A stretch of 32,000 nucleotides of DNA. It comes from Wallemia ichthyophaga EXF-994 (Eukaryota > Fungi > Basidiomycota). Made by a program: the position numbers and the translations under genes. Each line of letters starts with the position of its first letter. Within the stretch, counting starts at the first letter, position 1. Positions 12,329 to 24,631 of this stretch are shown here, piece after piece. Location of the stretch: positions 56,925 to 88,924 of the forward strand of contig NW_008806274.1 of the NCBI RefSeq assembly GCF_000400465.1, written 5' to 3'. The notes under the pieces were generated by a model that did not search any database, was not told where the DNA came from, and was given only the letters and a program-made list of their open reading frames with translations.

Positions 12329-15300
12329 CTACTGCTCGTCTTGATCAGGCATGTGGAACGGGAATTGAGCAAATTGGTGCTGATCGTGCTGCTGCGAAGC
12401 AAGTTGTTGAGCAAATTGCTGAGCTTGCTGGGCCTGTTGAGCTTGTTGAGCCTGTATAATTTGCTGAGGCTGTAAGAATTGCGGTGGTAGTTGCGGTACT
12501 GCTGAAGCTTGAGGTGATGATTTGTTACCAACGTTGATCTTTACTTTAGATGCAGACGCAGACGCAGCATTGGTTGGAGTACCAGGCTGTGAAGTGCCAG
12601 GCGTTCCTGCCTGCGATTGCATTTGCGCTTGTCCTTGCCCTTGAGCTTGGGGAGTACCCAACCCACCAACATTATTAGCATCAAGTGTAGATGGCAGACC
12701 ACTCGCGAATCCTGGTGTTGCAGCTACTGTAGGTGTTGGTAACTGTGCAGCTGCACTAGGTGATGGCTGAGCATTAGGACCGTGGAATTGAGCCCACAGT
12801 GGACATTTTCTGTTTGTTTTCATGTGTCCTATTTGTCCACAGTTTCCACATTTACGCGTCGTGTCTGATTTAGTCGTTGTCTTCATCTGCAGTGGCTCTC
12901 CACCGGCTGACGTAAGCTGCTGGTTCTTGCGCTGCAGTCTACGCTCTTGGTTGCGACGCATCAGATTGATCTTTTCCTCAATCATCTTGGCGCGACGCTT
13001 GTCTAACTCTTCATCTCCCGTTGGCTCAATCTTATCGACGTCGAGTGATTGATCTTCGATGATTTGTCTCTTACGTACGTATGCACTTATTACTGCCGAG
13101 TCCTCAACTATTTCTGTCTGCCAGCTGCCGTTGATCTAGAACATTTGTTAATAGTACACGGCGTGCGATGTGAGTTACCCACCAATCTTCTTACTTTGAG
13201 CACTTTAGAGCCATGCTGCGACTTGGCCTTCTCTTTCTCTTCGTCTGCTTCCTTCTGCGCACGCTGGTGACTGGCGAATGCCTCCTCATCCCTCCTGTCG
13301 AGCTTTGGTGCAACTGGGTTAGAAAGCGCCTTGAATTGAGCTTTCCAAATTCTGGCTATCTCCTCCTTGTAAACTTTCTGCTGCTCAGCGACAGTATATC
13401 TATGTGCGTGTTTCGGCCTGTTCTCAATATCGGCTCTGACCTTCTCGGGATCTTCACCCGCTCTCAAAAAAATATCCTTCATAGACACTCTGATAAATGA
13501 GAATGCCTCACCCCTCCCACTCGGATCACCCTCTCCATATAGCTTAAGCATAGCTTTCGACTGGGTGGCATTGACGAAGTTCTTGGTAGTAATCCACGGT
13601 GCGAGTTGCTGCTCGATTGATAACTTGGTCTCATCACCTGCCGTCGTGTCCTGATTCTCATCCTCGACATTACCATAACCAGCATCGAGCAAGCGACGTT
13701 GACCGACTTGCATAGCCTCACACAAAGCCACGTACTCTGGACTTACGAGTTTCAAGATCTCTTCATTCTCCGGTATCTTGGCCGTTGGCTTGAGACGCCA
13801 GAAACCAGCGTGCTCACCCTTACGGTTGTATTCCATGAATTCTTTCAGACGCTGACGCATCTGCATCTCGTTTTGGTCCTGAAAGTATTTCCACAATCGG
13901 TCGAGAATCAGTCTCTCGCCCTTTGTGCGCTTTAACAGCTTGTATGCAATAGCCTGCAGTCTATACTTGGTGGTGTTGGTGATCATACGCGAGTGCGGCC
14001 CAGGCACTGCAGTAACGGGGTACGTCTGCCCAACGAGAAAGACGTTCTTGATTTCGCGTATAAAGTAGCACGTCTCGTTCTTGGATGTGGACCTGATCAC
14101 GAGGAAATCGGTGTGGTTTGGCTGGTGCCTGAAAAGGGGAGCTCTGATTAGGTTATTGTACAGCGTAGGAATTGTCTGACCCGAGTCTACAAAACCAAGC
14201 TTCATGAATGGAGACTCATCCGCAACGTCGAGCACGAACGGCTCACCAAAGTCAGACTTAGGCACATGGTCGTCGTGCTGGTCTTTTTTGCGGTAGTAGT
14301 TGACGAGCACACTGCCCATACCAAAGTTGGACATGATTGATGGATACTCCTCGGAATACTCCCATAATGCGTAGTTACTACCATCTTTGAGCGTGAGGTC
14401 TTTCGTCGTGTGCAACAACTCAGCTCCACCATCTACCTTGGCTGCGCGTCGCTTCTCTTTGTCCTTCTTCTTTTTGTTGCTACGCACCTTGGAGAAACGC
14501 TGCTCGACGTTGATTGGGAACATGAGAGTAGGACGATGGAAACTGCGTGCTTCATTCTTGCTTAAACGTGTCTTGTAGAATGGCAGTTGCAGCTTGAGGG
14601 CTGGGTATGCATGCTGGACGTCTATCTGAGAGAAAGTCTGTCTGATTCTGTGCTTAGGTGCTGTAACTGACTGCTCGTAAAGATGGTCATTGGAGAGGTT
14701 GAATGGATCAGCTGATGTAGATGTTATTGCATTTGCATTTTGTTGCTCTGTATCTTCATCTAACTCTTCAAACATGAGAGAAGGATCATTCATGTCGAGT
14801 GTGAGCTTTACGAAAGAGTCTTGTGGTTTCATCTTCTCATTGAATATGATAGATTGTGTCCAGTCTTGGTTCATCAGTGATCCGTTTGGTGGTAGAGTCG
14901 CAATCATCGGAATACCATTTTTGATATGTGGGGGAACTGGAGGTCCCGCACTCCACTTAATATTATCCTCCCAGTCAGCAAGATCGACCAAGCTGAGCTC
15001 CTTTGTATCGTTGACATGATCAGGTGTCTCTTTATGCTTGCTCTCAGAGTCGCGGTGGGTATTAGGACTCCAAACTCTACTGACAAGGTGGTCGAGATGC
15101 GTTGGTTTTGGTGCTGTTGGTGGTAAAGCGCGGTTGAAGAGATCTTTAGTAGACGGAGCTTGTTGGAAATGTACGTGTATGCTAGGTGGCTGGATAGATT
15201 TACGATTTGAGTTCATTTTGCGTCTCTTTTGCCCACGATTGGAGAATAGGTGAGTAAAGTTGAGTACCTTTTCAGCGTCGAATGCAGGGAAGATTTCTTT

Positions 15301-15848
15301 GACGTCGATCATTTTGGCATCTTGTTGGGTCGTAGGTTGTTGTGCATCGGGATCGACATCGACGTCGATATCGCGATCAACACCGTCATCAACGTCATCA
15401 TCGGCGTCGTCATCAGCGTCGACGTCCTCATCTGGATGATATGGCTGTTCATCAATGGCGTCGAAGTCGTCGTCGTAGTCGTCGTCTTCGCCTCTAGCTT
15501 TTAGTTGGCTGGGATGAATGACTTCATCAGGAAGATCCTCATCCATATCATCCTCCAAGTCATCACCGACGTTTGCATCAATTTGTTCATCGTTACCTGC
15601 ATCGTCTGCGTCTTCAGCGTCATCACCGAATAGATCATCATTTTCAATTTGATCCTTTGAAATTTTAGAAGAGCCACCTAAGCCAAAAGCTTTGAGGTAG
15701 CTGGGGTCGTAACCTTCAAGCTCACTTCCGATGAGATCGTTGAGTGCTAGACCACCGAGGGAAGAGATGGCAGAGGATTCATCCTAGGATTTGTGAGTGG
15801 GTGGAGTGCAGGTAGGTATTCACAGCCACTAACTTGATTATTCCCCAT
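12329..15848 (-). CDS. TAF1: TFIID subunit Taf1 (fungal type: DUF3591 region, C-terminal zinc knuckle, Gln-rich tail); introns 15784-15833 and 13136-13182
   Basis: FNLSNDHLY, LQLPFYKT, EYSEEYP..NFGMGSVLVNYYRK, YNNLIRAPLFRH, PGPHSR, GDPSGRGEAFSF and RKCGNCGQIGHMKTNRKCP. The start at 15848 (MGNNQ/DESS) is inferred. Confidence 0.93.
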
Positions 15849-16565
15849 TTCCTTGAATTAATCGATTCAAGGATGATGGACGTTGAGTGGAACGAGGAGA
15901 TGGAGAGAGATGGAGGTACAGCTGAATCTGTAGCAGCAGCAGTAGCAACAGTGATACTATTCGAATTAAATTGAATAAAGTATTTCATTTAAATTGATCA
16001 AATTCTCAATATTCATCTCAACGATATCAAGCTATTTGTGCTGGAAATTGGATAGTAGATATAGTGTTACGAGTAGCTTATCAATGATAGCATAGCAGCC
16101 ACACATGCCTAACACATCCAACAAACCCAGCAAACCCAAACAAAGCCATTCGAACGACGTGGAATTTTAGCGAAAAAGGAATTAACAGTATAATTATTGA
16201 AATAAAGTTAATTTGCACGTAAGTTTAATTAAACTGCATTCAAATGCACGCTCGGGTCGATTAACCGTGGAATCGCAGTGTCCGTAGATACCGCAGTGGC
16301 GTAAAAGTGATGTGAATTGGGTATATATTGAATTCAATACCCACTAAAAACCCATTAGATACAAATCACAGTCTCAACCAATTGATGACGCAATATCAGA
16401 TTTTAGTGCATCGATTTGGTTTAAAATTGGCTTAAAATGAATCGGAATGATCCGGTTTAATACAGATTCTTGTAGATTGTATTTTGATTAAAATTTAAAT
16501 ATAAATGATGTTACAAGTGATTCGGAGTTCGTCCAACTCTCTTCAACACCACCAACAAGTACGAT
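15849..16565. promoter_or_regulatory. Bidirectional promoter region between TAF1 and GND1, the longest non-coding gap in the window (717 bp)
   Basis: Lies between divergent start codons. AT-rich, with TATAAA at about 16500, a TGACGCAA near 16386 and a 14-bp palindrome at 16326-16339. Confidence 0.6.
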
Positions 16566-18189
16566 ATGTCACAAGAATCTGTCGCTGAGTGAGTTTAAAT
16601 GGTTTATTCAATAATCCCGTCTAACATAAATCCCAGTATCGGTCTGATGTATGTTGAGTGCATGTGCTGTGCTGATCACTTACTCACCCACTCACAGCGG
16701 CTTAGCCGTTATGGGCCAAAACCTAATCCTCAACATGGCTGATAAGGGCTATCAAGTCGCTGCTTACAATCGTACAACTTCCAAGGTTGACGATTTCTTA
16801 GCCAACGAGGCACACGGTGTGTCAAACACAGACACGAGAAGCCAGACTAACGGAATCACAGGTAAAGCAATCGTTGGTGCTCACTCTATTGAGGAATTCT
16901 GCAAGCAACTCAAGAGACCACGTAAGATTATTCTTCTCGTCAAGGCTGGTCCTGCTGTTGATTCTTTCATCGATCAACTCAAACCTTTCCTTGAAAAGGG
17001 CGATATCGTCATTGACGCTGGTAACTCTCACTACCCTGACTCTATTCGTCGCACTCAAGAACTCCAAAAGGAAGGCCTTCTCTTCGTTGGCTCTGGTGTC
17101 TCAGGTGGTGAAGAAGGCGCTCGTTGGGGTCCTTCCATCATGCCAGGTGGTAACCCAGACGCCTGGCCACACATCAAAGAAATCCTTCAAAAGACTTCTG
17201 CTCAAGTAAATGGTAATGAACCTTGTTGCGATTGGGTTGGTGATGAAGGTGCTGGTCACTACGTTAAAATGGTTCACAACGGTATCGAATACGGTGATAT
17301 GCAAGTCCTCGGTGAAGCTTATGATATCCTCCTTCGTGGTGTTGGTTTCTCTCACGATCAAGTTGCTGATGCTTTCAAGCAATGGAACTCTGGTGTTCTT
17401 GACTCCTTCTTGACTGACATCACTGCTCAAATTCTTGAACACAAGACTGACGGTGAAGCTACCGTTGATTCCATCCTCGATGCCGCTGGTCAAAAGGGTA
17501 CTGGTAAGTGGACCGGTGTCAATGCACTCGACCTCGGTACACCTGTTACCCTCATCGCTGAAGCTGTCTTTGCTCGTTGCGTCTCTTCATTGAAGGATGA
17601 GCGTCAAACTGCTGCTCAAAAACTCAAGGGACCTGCAAAGGAGCAATTCTCAGGTGACAAAGCTGCTTTCGTCAATGACCTCCAACAAGCTCTCTATGGT
17701 GCCAAGATTATCTCATACGCTCAAGGTTTCCTTCTCTTCCGTGAAGCTGCTAAGGAATACGGCTGGAAGCTCAACAACGCAGGTATCGCAAAGATGTGGC
17801 GTGGTGGATGTATCATCAAGTCAGTTTTCCTTGGTGACATCTCCAAGGCATACGAGCGTAACCCACAACTCGAGTCACTCTTATTCGATGATTTCTTCGT
17901 AAAGGCACTCGAAAACGCTCAAGCTGGATGGAGACGTGTGGTTGCACAAGCTACTCTCTGGGGTATCCCAACACCAGCACTCTCATCATCCCTCTCTTTC
18001 CTCGACTCTTACAGATCTGCTGACCTTCCATCCGCTTCCCTTATTCAAGCTCAACGTGATTTCTTCGGCGCTCACACTTTCCAAGTTAAGGACTCGGCCA
18101 AATCTGACAAATTCATCAAGGGTCAACCAAACCACTTGAACTGGACCGGTAGAGGTGGACGTGTTGCGTCATCTGCTTACGCTGCTTAA
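16566..18189 (+). CDS. GND1: 6-phosphogluconate dehydrogenase, decarboxylating; introns 16589-16636, 16649-16697 and 16817-16861
   Basis: Spliced product MSQESVADIGLIGLAVMGQNLILNM, plus GVSGGEEGAR, HYVKMVHNGIEYGDMQ, GQKGTGKWT, MWRGGCII and QAQRDFFGAHT. Strongly biased codon usage. Confidence 0.97.
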
Positions 18190-18393
18190 ACAATGATATA
18201 AAGAGATTTTTACTTTTATAATTAATGCAATGCTTTGCAATCTACATGTGAATAGTGATTAGTAATGCCGGCTGTAAGGATTAATGTGAATGCATTTCGA
18301 ATAAATATCTATCTATCTATAGTGTAAGTGTAGGTGTGAAGGAAAGGCATATCGTAAGACGTTAGACGTAACAAACTAAGTATAGATTACCAC

Positions 18394-19743
18394 CTAGGCG
18401 GGTTGCTTAGCAGCACCAGCATCAACGCCAGCATCTGTTTTAACCGCAGCCTCCTCTTGATCCTCAAGGTACATCTGATCAATCAGTCGATCTATGTCTG
18501 GGATTGCAGAGTATCTCAAACCGACTTCACCAAAAACAGATATCTGTCGATGGTGATGATCGATAGACACTATATTTTGAAGGAATGAAGGCTGTGTGGC
18601 ACGGTTTAAATCGTAAACCTGACCATTTCCGAGATGTATTCTAACTTGACCATCTTCGTACACTAACAACTCCCCAATTTCACCCTCAGCGTCGTCATCT
18701 TGGCTGATTTGGTCGAGTTTTGAAAGGTCAGGTTTGGTGTCAGGTTTTTTGTCTTGATCTTTCTTTGTGTCCTTTTCTTTTTCTTTATCGTCTTCATCTT
18801 GATTTTTTTCTTGATCAGCCCCAGCAAATGACACCCGCTTGTCGGTGTTTGCTTGTTTGGGTGGTGCAGAAAACTTTGGAAAAGTCTTTGGGAATTGAAG
18901 GAAGAGCATTTTATCCTCATCAGCATCTAAAGCAGCTGTAAAGTCGTAAGCAACGTCCTCAGTCTCATCTTCTTCTTCTGAAGCACTAAGATCGAGACCA
19001 CCTTTGGCTATATCTTCAACATCAGCCTGCTCAACGTCATCATCTTCATCTTGTTTCATCTCATCAACGTTTCCATCTGGATCAGGTTTAACTTTCGGTT
19101 TAATGTCTTTGTTCAGATGCTTTTTCTTCTTATCTTTTTTATTATCAAACTTGTAATGCTCTTTAGGTATAGAAGTAGGAGCATTTTGATCGAGAGATGC
19201 AACTTGTTGAATATCGATAATTTCCATACCTTCATCCTCATTTTCAGAGTATTGCTCGGGGTCATCTTTAACAGTAGCACCTCTATCACCTGCTAAGCGT
19301 GAAGGTTTACCAGCGCCGGTGAGTTGAGCAGATTCTTTCTGCATAGCCTGCCTATTACCACCAACGGTGATACCTGAAGCTTGAGCAGAACGAGCTCTAC
19401 CCATTCCAGCGTTCTTTGAAGGACCCATAGCGAAAGGACCGGATGCAGTCATTTGAACTTCACCTCTACCACGACCTCTACCTCGTGTAGAATCGCCTCT
19501 TCCTCTACCCCTTCCTCTACCGCTAGAAGGATCCGAAGTGGGTTCTGGCTTGACTTCTGTGGGCTTCTTTCGTGGTTGAATTTTAGGCGCAAACTTCATT
19601 TTAGCGGTGCCTGCTTTAGTTTGTGAGGAGTATTCATTGGTGCGTGTGGAGGTGGATGGATTTGGATTTGAGGTGTGCAAAGTGCCGATGTTAGCTGGAT
19701 TTGGATTTGAATTTGAGTTTTCATTTGGATTTTCATTTGACAT
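18394..19743 (-). CDS. RPC53: RNA polymerase III subunit Rpc4/Rpc53, intronless
   Basis: MKFAPK and RG repeats in the N-terminal half, LFLQFPKTFP, and the C-terminal GEIGELLVYEDGQVRIHLGNG..DLNRATQPSFLQ domain. Confidence 0.85.
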   Translation of the reverse strand: MSNENPNENSNSNPNPANIGTLHTSNPNPSTSTRTNEYSSQTKAGTAKMKFAPKIQPRKKPTEVKPEPTSDPSSGRGRGRGRGDSTRGRGRGRGEVQMTASGPFAMGPSKNAGMGRARSAQASGITVGGNRQAMQKESAQLTGAGKPSRLAGDRGATVKDDPEQYSENEDEGMEIIDIQQVASLDQNAPTSIPKEHYKFDNKKDKKKKHLNKDIKPKVKPDPDGNVDEMKQDEDDDVEQADVEDIAKGGLDLSASEEEDETEDVAYDFTAALDADEDKMLFLQFPKTFPKFSAPPKQANTDKRVSFAGADQEKNQDEDDKEKEKDTKKDQDKKPDTKPDLSKLDQISQDDDAEGEIGELLVYEDGQVRIHLGNGQVYDLNRATQPSFLQNIVSIDHHHRQISVFGEVGLRYSAIPDIDRLIDQMYLEDQEEAAVKTDAGVDAGAAKQPA

Positions 19744-19788
19744 GATGGTTCAATTGATAGCCCCAACGTATGTTATCTGCTTACGACC

Positions 19789-21700
19789 ATGTCAAGTTAG
19801 TTTTAAATTAATTGAAATTGAAAATATTCATAATCCTTATAATCCTTATAGGCCCTGGAAATAATTCAACCAACGACGACGAGGTTAAAGCAGATATCCT
19901 CAGAAGACACCTCGTTTCAAAGGAGCAAAGGCAGCGATCAAGTGATAATAATATCAATGACAATGACGATGACGACGATAACGATCTCGATAATGATCAT
20001 GACTCTTTCTCTGCTCCTCTACACGTCCCTGGTGCTGATATCACTCATCACCTATACGCATGGGAAAGGCAACATAGAAATTCTACTTCTATTAGACCAC
20101 GGAGCATGTCTTTCTCAAATGTTCAATCTGCTTTAGAGTCTCAATCTGAGAATGAAGTTGATCACTCTCTAGGCTATCTCAGGCATCCAGGTGGTTTTAG
20201 AAGGCAATATATTGCAAATAGAGCACGTGAAAGGGGCGTCGAACACCCTGAATTCGCAAATACCTCTTTTGTCGATTACTTAGCTTTATTTGGTCACTTT
20301 GCAGGTGAAGAATTGGAAGAATTGGAAGAATTAGATGAATCTGATGAGTCTCAACACTCTCAACACCCTCAAGAATCCTCCAGACTCCCTAGAAAACCAC
20401 GTGATGAACGTGATCCTCTAATTCCTAGACCTATCCCTGTTAGAAGAAGATCCACTTCTGCTGCCCGGCGCGGCACAGCAAGCATCACACAGGCTGTTTT
20501 GATGCTTCTCAAATCTTTCATTGGTACTGGCATTCTCTTCCTAGGTAGAGCCTTTCTCAATGGTGGTCTGTACTTCTCCACCGTTGTCATAATCATCCTA
20601 GCACTCGTAAACATGTGGGCATACCTCCTCCTCATACACACCAGCTACAAAGTACCTGGCTCGTTTGGTGACATCGGCGGTATCCTTTATGGCAATAAGA
20701 TGCGCTTGGCCATTCTCGCTTCAATTACCGTATCCCAGATGGGTTTCGTGTCTGCATATACCGTCTTCGTTGCTGAAAATCTCCGTGCATTCGTAATAGC
20801 AGTGAGCGAAAGTAACCTCAATCTGCCTACTCTTCTCTTCATTCTTATCCAGATTCCCATTCTCACACCACTCGCACTCTACCGCAACCTTACCAAACTC
20901 TCACTCACAGCGCTCATCGCCGACGTCTTTATCCTTTTCGGAATTATCTATCTCTTTAGTCAGGAGATAGCAGTGATCGCGAGCAACGGAATAGCCAAAG
21001 ATGTTGTTCTGTTCAACTCTGAGTCATACCCTCTCTTTATGGGTACTGCCGTATTCGCATTCGAGGGAATAGGGTTGATCATACCTGTAGTGGAATCGAT
21101 GCGTGAGCCACGGAAATTCCCATATGTGTTATCGGGAGTAATGATAGTACTTACTGCGCTATTTGCGAGTAGCGGGTTCCTTAGTTATGCTGCATTTGGG
21201 AGCAAGATCCAGACAGTAGTAATATCGAACCTGCCACAAGACAACCGCTTCGTGCAGTCAGTTCAATTTCTCTACTCTCTCGCTATTCTCCTCAGTATAC
21301 CTCTCCAGCTTTTCCCAGCAGTGCGTATCATGGAGGCTGGTATATTTGTCGAGAGCGGCAAATTCAGTAATAAGGTCAAGTGGAAGAAGAATCTCTTCAG
21401 ATTAGCTGTGGTGTTCGTTTGTATTGTCGTTAGTATTTGCGGTGCGAGCGATTTAGATAAGTTTGTCTCGCTTATCGGTTCAGGTGAGTTGGTTCTTTGA
21501 ATTGATTGGCTTCTCCTTCTCACACCTCATACCTCACAGTTGCGTGCGTTCCCCTCTGCTTCATTTACCCTCCCCTCCTCCATCTTAAGGCGTGTGCGCG
21601 GACGACTTTCGCTAAAGCCGCTGACATTCTCCTCCTCGTGTGCGGCGTCCAGCTCGTCATCTTCACCGCGTCACTCACTATCGCCTCTATGATGGACTGA
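19789..21700 (+). CDS. AVT3: Vacuolar amino-acid transporter (Avt3/Avt4-like, Aa_trans family); introns 19796-19851 and one after 21484
   Basis: LHVPGADITHHLYAW, HPGGFRRQY, LALFGHFAGE, MLLKSFIGTGILFL, GTAVFAFEGIGLIIP and IGS/VACVPLCFIYPPLLH. The first coding exon ATGTCAA gives MSSPGNN. Confidence 0.9.
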
Positions 21701-21923
21701 GACAGTTGTTTTGAGATATACATAGCTTGTTGTCATACTTAGTCATACGTAGTCTGTACCATGTATCTGGAAATTGTTACAATGAGATATAGAAATACCA
21801 AGTGAGAGTTGAGTGGTGATAAAAACGAGTGTCGATATCGAGTTTAGTTTGTGTACTTAGCCTAGTGTAGATAATCAGTGCGAAGAGCGTGAATAGAGAT
21901 TTTGGAATGTCCAATGAAAGAAA

Positions 21924-24264
21924 TTAACGTCTCTTAGAGAATGACTTTTGAAGTAGCAACAACACCCTATCTACATCCAGCTGAACATATTCCAAATCAA
22001 GCAGGTTGATTCCATCTTTCTGCTTTTCAAGGAGATCATCGATTTTGAGATCCATTTCGAGTATGGCCTTCTCCCTGCCTTTGTAATGAAGAGCGATGAT
22101 AAAAGTGCCTGGGGTTGGTGATGTAAAGTTAAAGTAGATGTTTGATCTTCTATTTTCAGGTACATTGCTTTGTTTGATAATATCCTCTTTCTCTAGTTGG
22201 TAGTGAGTGAAGCGGTACGGGCCGAGGATTTGAGACTTGGCAGTTTTCTTCTCCTTACCACCAACGGTAACGACGCCGACACCACCCGTTGAAGATTTAG
22301 CATCTTTCGACGAGTTAATGCGCACATTCGCCAGGTATGCTTTGTAGCTTTCGAGTTGTGAGCGGAGATAATTATTATGGTCGCAAATGGTCTTGTATAC
22401 GCTATCTAAGGATTTAGACTCAATGAGAACTTTTTCGCGTATGTTTCCGAGATGTGCGAGCTCAGCCTGTACCTCTTCCTGCATGAGGTTGTATTCATCA
22501 GCGCGGTCAATGATGCCGATCTCCTCGAGTTCGCGCAACATTTCTTTCACTTTGATCCCTTTCTTCACCAAGACGGGGTCTTTAGTTGTAGCAGCGCGCT
22601 CGGCTATCGCGGGCAAATCGACTGGTAGTCTGTCGGCACCCGGCATCGAACGGATCAGCTGGACAAAAATGGATTTGGCCTCCATATAGAGAATGTCGTT
22701 CTGCGTTACGTTGCTCTCGGCCATCAGAGCCGTGGTGAGATCTTGGATTGGCGTCTCCCATCTCGAGAACATGGGCAGATTGATCGTGCGGTTGTCTTTG
22801 CGGGGCACTGGTCCAGGCGATGGCCCTAATTCGTCTAGCAGTATTCTAAGATGTTGTTTGCTTTGTGGTGCCTGGAGTGTTAATTTTGGTGTCAGTATTG
22901 CGCATTCGCCATCCAAACACCCCACTCACAAGTATATCCATATGTTGGACAAGCAGGGAATGGGTATTGTATAATTCATTCAACGTTATATTTATCTGCA
23001 ACTCTTTCTTACTGAGAGCCATGTATTGGTCCATCTCGAGCTGATCGTAGAAATCACCAACCTCGCAGAGATTATTGAGGAATTGATTAATCCTCGCCTT
23101 GTTGTTCTCAACGAAAGGATTTAGCTGCATCATATACGCCTCTTTAGCGTAAGAAGGTTTATTTGCGAGATTCTGAAGCATCTTTGCGATCAGGGTGAGA
23201 GTGCGACGAGGGTGTTTAGCAGGGATGCCGTCAACGAGCATGTAAGCCTGTGGGGTGACAATAGCTGGGTTAATAAAGCGCAGAAAGAAGAAACCACCAA
23301 TCAGAGAGCAAATAGCGTAATCGGTAGCTTGTGGGTATTTTCTTCTAGTGAGAGAACGAATTTGTTTGCAGATCCAACGGATACCATAAGGAACGCTGTC
23401 GATGGAGTCGATGATAGTGTATAAGAAGGAGTTTGCAATTTCGATGAGCATAGTGATTCTAGGTCTAATGATGGCTTGTACGTCGGGGTTATCGGAGGCG
23501 ACTTCGGTGGAGACGCCACGAGACAAACCAGGAGGTAAGATGCCCTTTTCCTCTTCAATGGAGTTGAGCATTTGTTCATAGACTTTCAAGGGGTTTGTTT
23601 CGAGGTTCAAGTCCTTGTGTTCGATGAGGGAGTTGATGCGATCAGCGAGGACGCTCTTGAGGTAGGATTGGCCAGGACCTCTGCGTGTGTAGGTGGTCAT
23701 CATTCTTGAGACAGGGGTGTTAGCCCTGAGTAAGCTTCCGAACTCGGTAGCAGTCTCAAACTGAGCGGATAAAACGGATTGGAACATGGTTAAGAGGAGG
23801 TGCTCTTCACGAGACTCATATTGATTACCGTAGAGGGTGAACATGACAGTTTGTAAGAGTGTGTCGATTTCAGCGAGGCTGACGAGTCTACAGAGCACAG
23901 CGATATGACGAGGTTCAGATTGGAGGAGGAAGAAGAGGTTAGCGTATTGCTGTACTTTCTTATCATCAAGCCAACCAGCGTTGTCGTCGTTTTCCTCTAA
24001 AGTTGCAGCGACCTCTTCCTTCTCATCTGCAGCCATTCTGTTTTGGATAAGGAGGGCAATTCTACCGTCTAAATACCTAACATCCCTCTCTAGAACGAAA
24101 TTCTTCTTTGATTGGCTGGATATTTTAGACTTTAAATCTCGTAATTTCTTTTGAGCCCGTGCGAGGTCATCGTCGGCGTCGACGTCCTGCTCAGCGGCCA
24201 TGGAATAAAGAGCGGTAAATGACTGCCTTTGAGTATTTCTATTTACTTTAAAATCATTTGACAT
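21924..24264 (-). CDS. gap1: Ras GTPase-activating protein (S. pombe Gap1/Sar1 type, RasGAP + RasGAP_C); intron 22872-22929
   Basis: LERDVRYLDGRIALLIQNRM, LLRANTPVSRMMTTYTRRGPGQSYL, GGFFFLRFINPAIVTPQ and IAKMLQNLANK. Confidence 0.9.
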
Positions 24265-24305
24265 GTTGTTGGTGGTTGACGACCAAGAGCAATAGCAAGA
24301 GAACA

Positions 24306-24631
24306 ATGAACACAATCAATAACCCAATGGAAGACAAAAATATGATTATGAAATATTTATGTGCAGGTGGGTTGATAGGGGATTTTGGAATTATTCTAAT
24401 ATTGTTTAGACTGCGCTAGTCCAAATGAAATAAAACCCAGGGAACCCATTAGGTGTAGAGAGTGTGGACATAGAATTATGTACAAGCAGCGTACAAAGAG
24501 GAGTGAGTTGGTTTGTTTGACTAATTTTTACAGAACCAGGCTTATAAACTAATAGTGGTGGGTTCTAGTAATTTTATAACACCCAACACAACAACTAAAT
24601 AAATCCACAGATCCAATTCGATGCTCGTTAA
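24306..24631 (+). CDS. RPB12: Shared RNA polymerase I/II/III subunit Rpb12 (RPABC4); introns 24367-24409, 24503-24555 and 24558-24610
   Basis: Spliced product ..[44 protein letters not shown], with the CxxC/CxxC zinc ribbon and the conserved C-terminus. This model needs a 2-nt exon. Confidence 0.92.
24556..24557 (+). other. 2-nt micro-exon (TG) of RPB12
   Basis: Context AACTAATAG|TG|GTGGGT: branch-like CTAAT and TAG acceptor before, GTGGGT donor after. Two 53-nt introns flank it. It supplies the TG of the Met codon in KRMIQFDAR. Confidence 0.8.

Noticed and set aside
15350-15490. Dense palindromes (e.g. ATCGACGTCGAT) in TAF1
   Set aside because: Explained by Asp/Val/Ile codon runs (GAC/GTC/GAT/ATC) in an acidic low-complexity region.
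15849-16565. tRNA or snoRNA in the long intergenic region
   Set aside because: No cloverleaf or A/B boxes, and no properly paired C/D or H/ACA boxes were found by eye.
16505-16588. Out-of-frame upstream ORF (MMLQVIRSS..) overlapping the GND1 start
   Set aside because: Its ATG abuts the TATAAA at about 16500, so it is probably upstream of the TSS and not in the mRNA.
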